The notes beneath the pieces were generated by a model. That model worked only from the letters and a program-made list of their open reading frames with translations, had not been told where the DNA came from and made no database searches. A DNA stretch of 64,000 bases, from NCBI GenBank assembly GCA_044892525.1, contig CM097885.1, forward strand, positions 682,001 to 746,000. Direction: 5' to 3'. The DNA comes from Schmidtea polychroa. Taxonomy: Eukaryota. Of the stretch, positions 63,385 through 64,000 are shown piece after piece. Numbering within the stretch: the stretch's first letter is position 1; the number at the start of each line of letters is the position of its first letter. Both the position numbers and the translations under genes were made by a program.

Positions 63385-64000
63385 TTGTTCAACTCTTGTT
63401 CTTGTTTTGGGATTTCGTTTGTGTCCATGGATATTTTTATTCCAACAAGGGATTTAGGTTTATTACAACTACAACATTTAGAGTTGGTAGCATTATTTTT
63501 ATTTTTAGCGTTATCTGCTCCATTATCAGTTGCATTAATTATGGGTAAGTTGTCTATCAGAGCGATGGCGTTTTTGGGATCATTAGAGAATAAGGATGAG
63601 TTGGATGAAGGTTTTCGTTAAGGATAGATTTTTCGTTTAAAGGGGAGAGTTTATAAGAAATAGGGTTTTATGAAAGAATACTCAACGTCATCGGTTACAG
63701 AGTTTCTTTGTATAGAAGCCTCTATGATATCATGAGAGTCGTTATGGTTTACTGAGTCTATGGAGATGTGAGAGTTAGTTGTTTCGACGATACAAGTATC
63801 GTTTAATGGAGAAGGTTTGAAGGATATGGGATTTTTTTCCATTCATTCTGTTAATCTGGTCGTATAGATGCATCTGGCATTCATTCATTCAGGTTAGTTT
63901 ATTAGGAGAGGTAGAGCAAGTCCAACCTCTGTCTGGTGAGTATATGTTTCTGCCGGATCTCATTGAATTCTGAGGAGCCATTCCAAACAGATCGGGACAG
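63385..64000 (-). other. Unidentified GC-richer insertion, possibly the 5-prime part of a non-LTR retrotransposon ORF
   Basis: Composition shift interrupting the hAT ORF; broken minus-strand frame containing KCCSCNKPKSLVGIKI (zinc-finger-like). Confidence 0.25.

Overview
Very AT-rich eukaryotic DNA, probably invertebrate (44-46 nt GT-AG introns, long TAA microsatellites); no ordinary host gene is recognisable. The window is a nest of Polinton/Maverick-related DNA. (1) A near-intact 14.4-kb Polinton/adintovirus (6298-20655) encodes pPolB, a PLA2-fused rve integrase, packaging ATPase, adenain protease, major capsid, a penton with one nonsense codon and four accessory ORFs. Its ~1-kb TIRs each carry a Pol III-type (A box/B box/oligo-T) small-RNA cassette, and it is flanked by an identical 512-bp direct repeat instead of a 6-bp TSD. 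(2) It sits in the left arm of a larger element (2654-33839) with AGTAG...CTACT ends, a 6-bp TSD (CTTGTT), ~4-kb TIRs and no Polinton core genes of its own. (3) A second 14.8-kb, almost fully palindromic AGTAG-ended element (37565-52366) and a Buster-type hAT (52455-54737) both interrupt a decayed, intron-containing pPolB gene of a second family. A further inverted copy of that gene lies at 58.5-61.8 kb and related 3-prime fragments lie at 1-2 kb. (4) A conserved ~90-bp TATA-ending cassette occurs 12 times plus one partial copy, only inside the two giant-TIR elements. (5) A truncated ZMYM1/Tip100-type hAT closes the window. All comparisons were made by eye; family assignments rest on motif recognition, not database searches.
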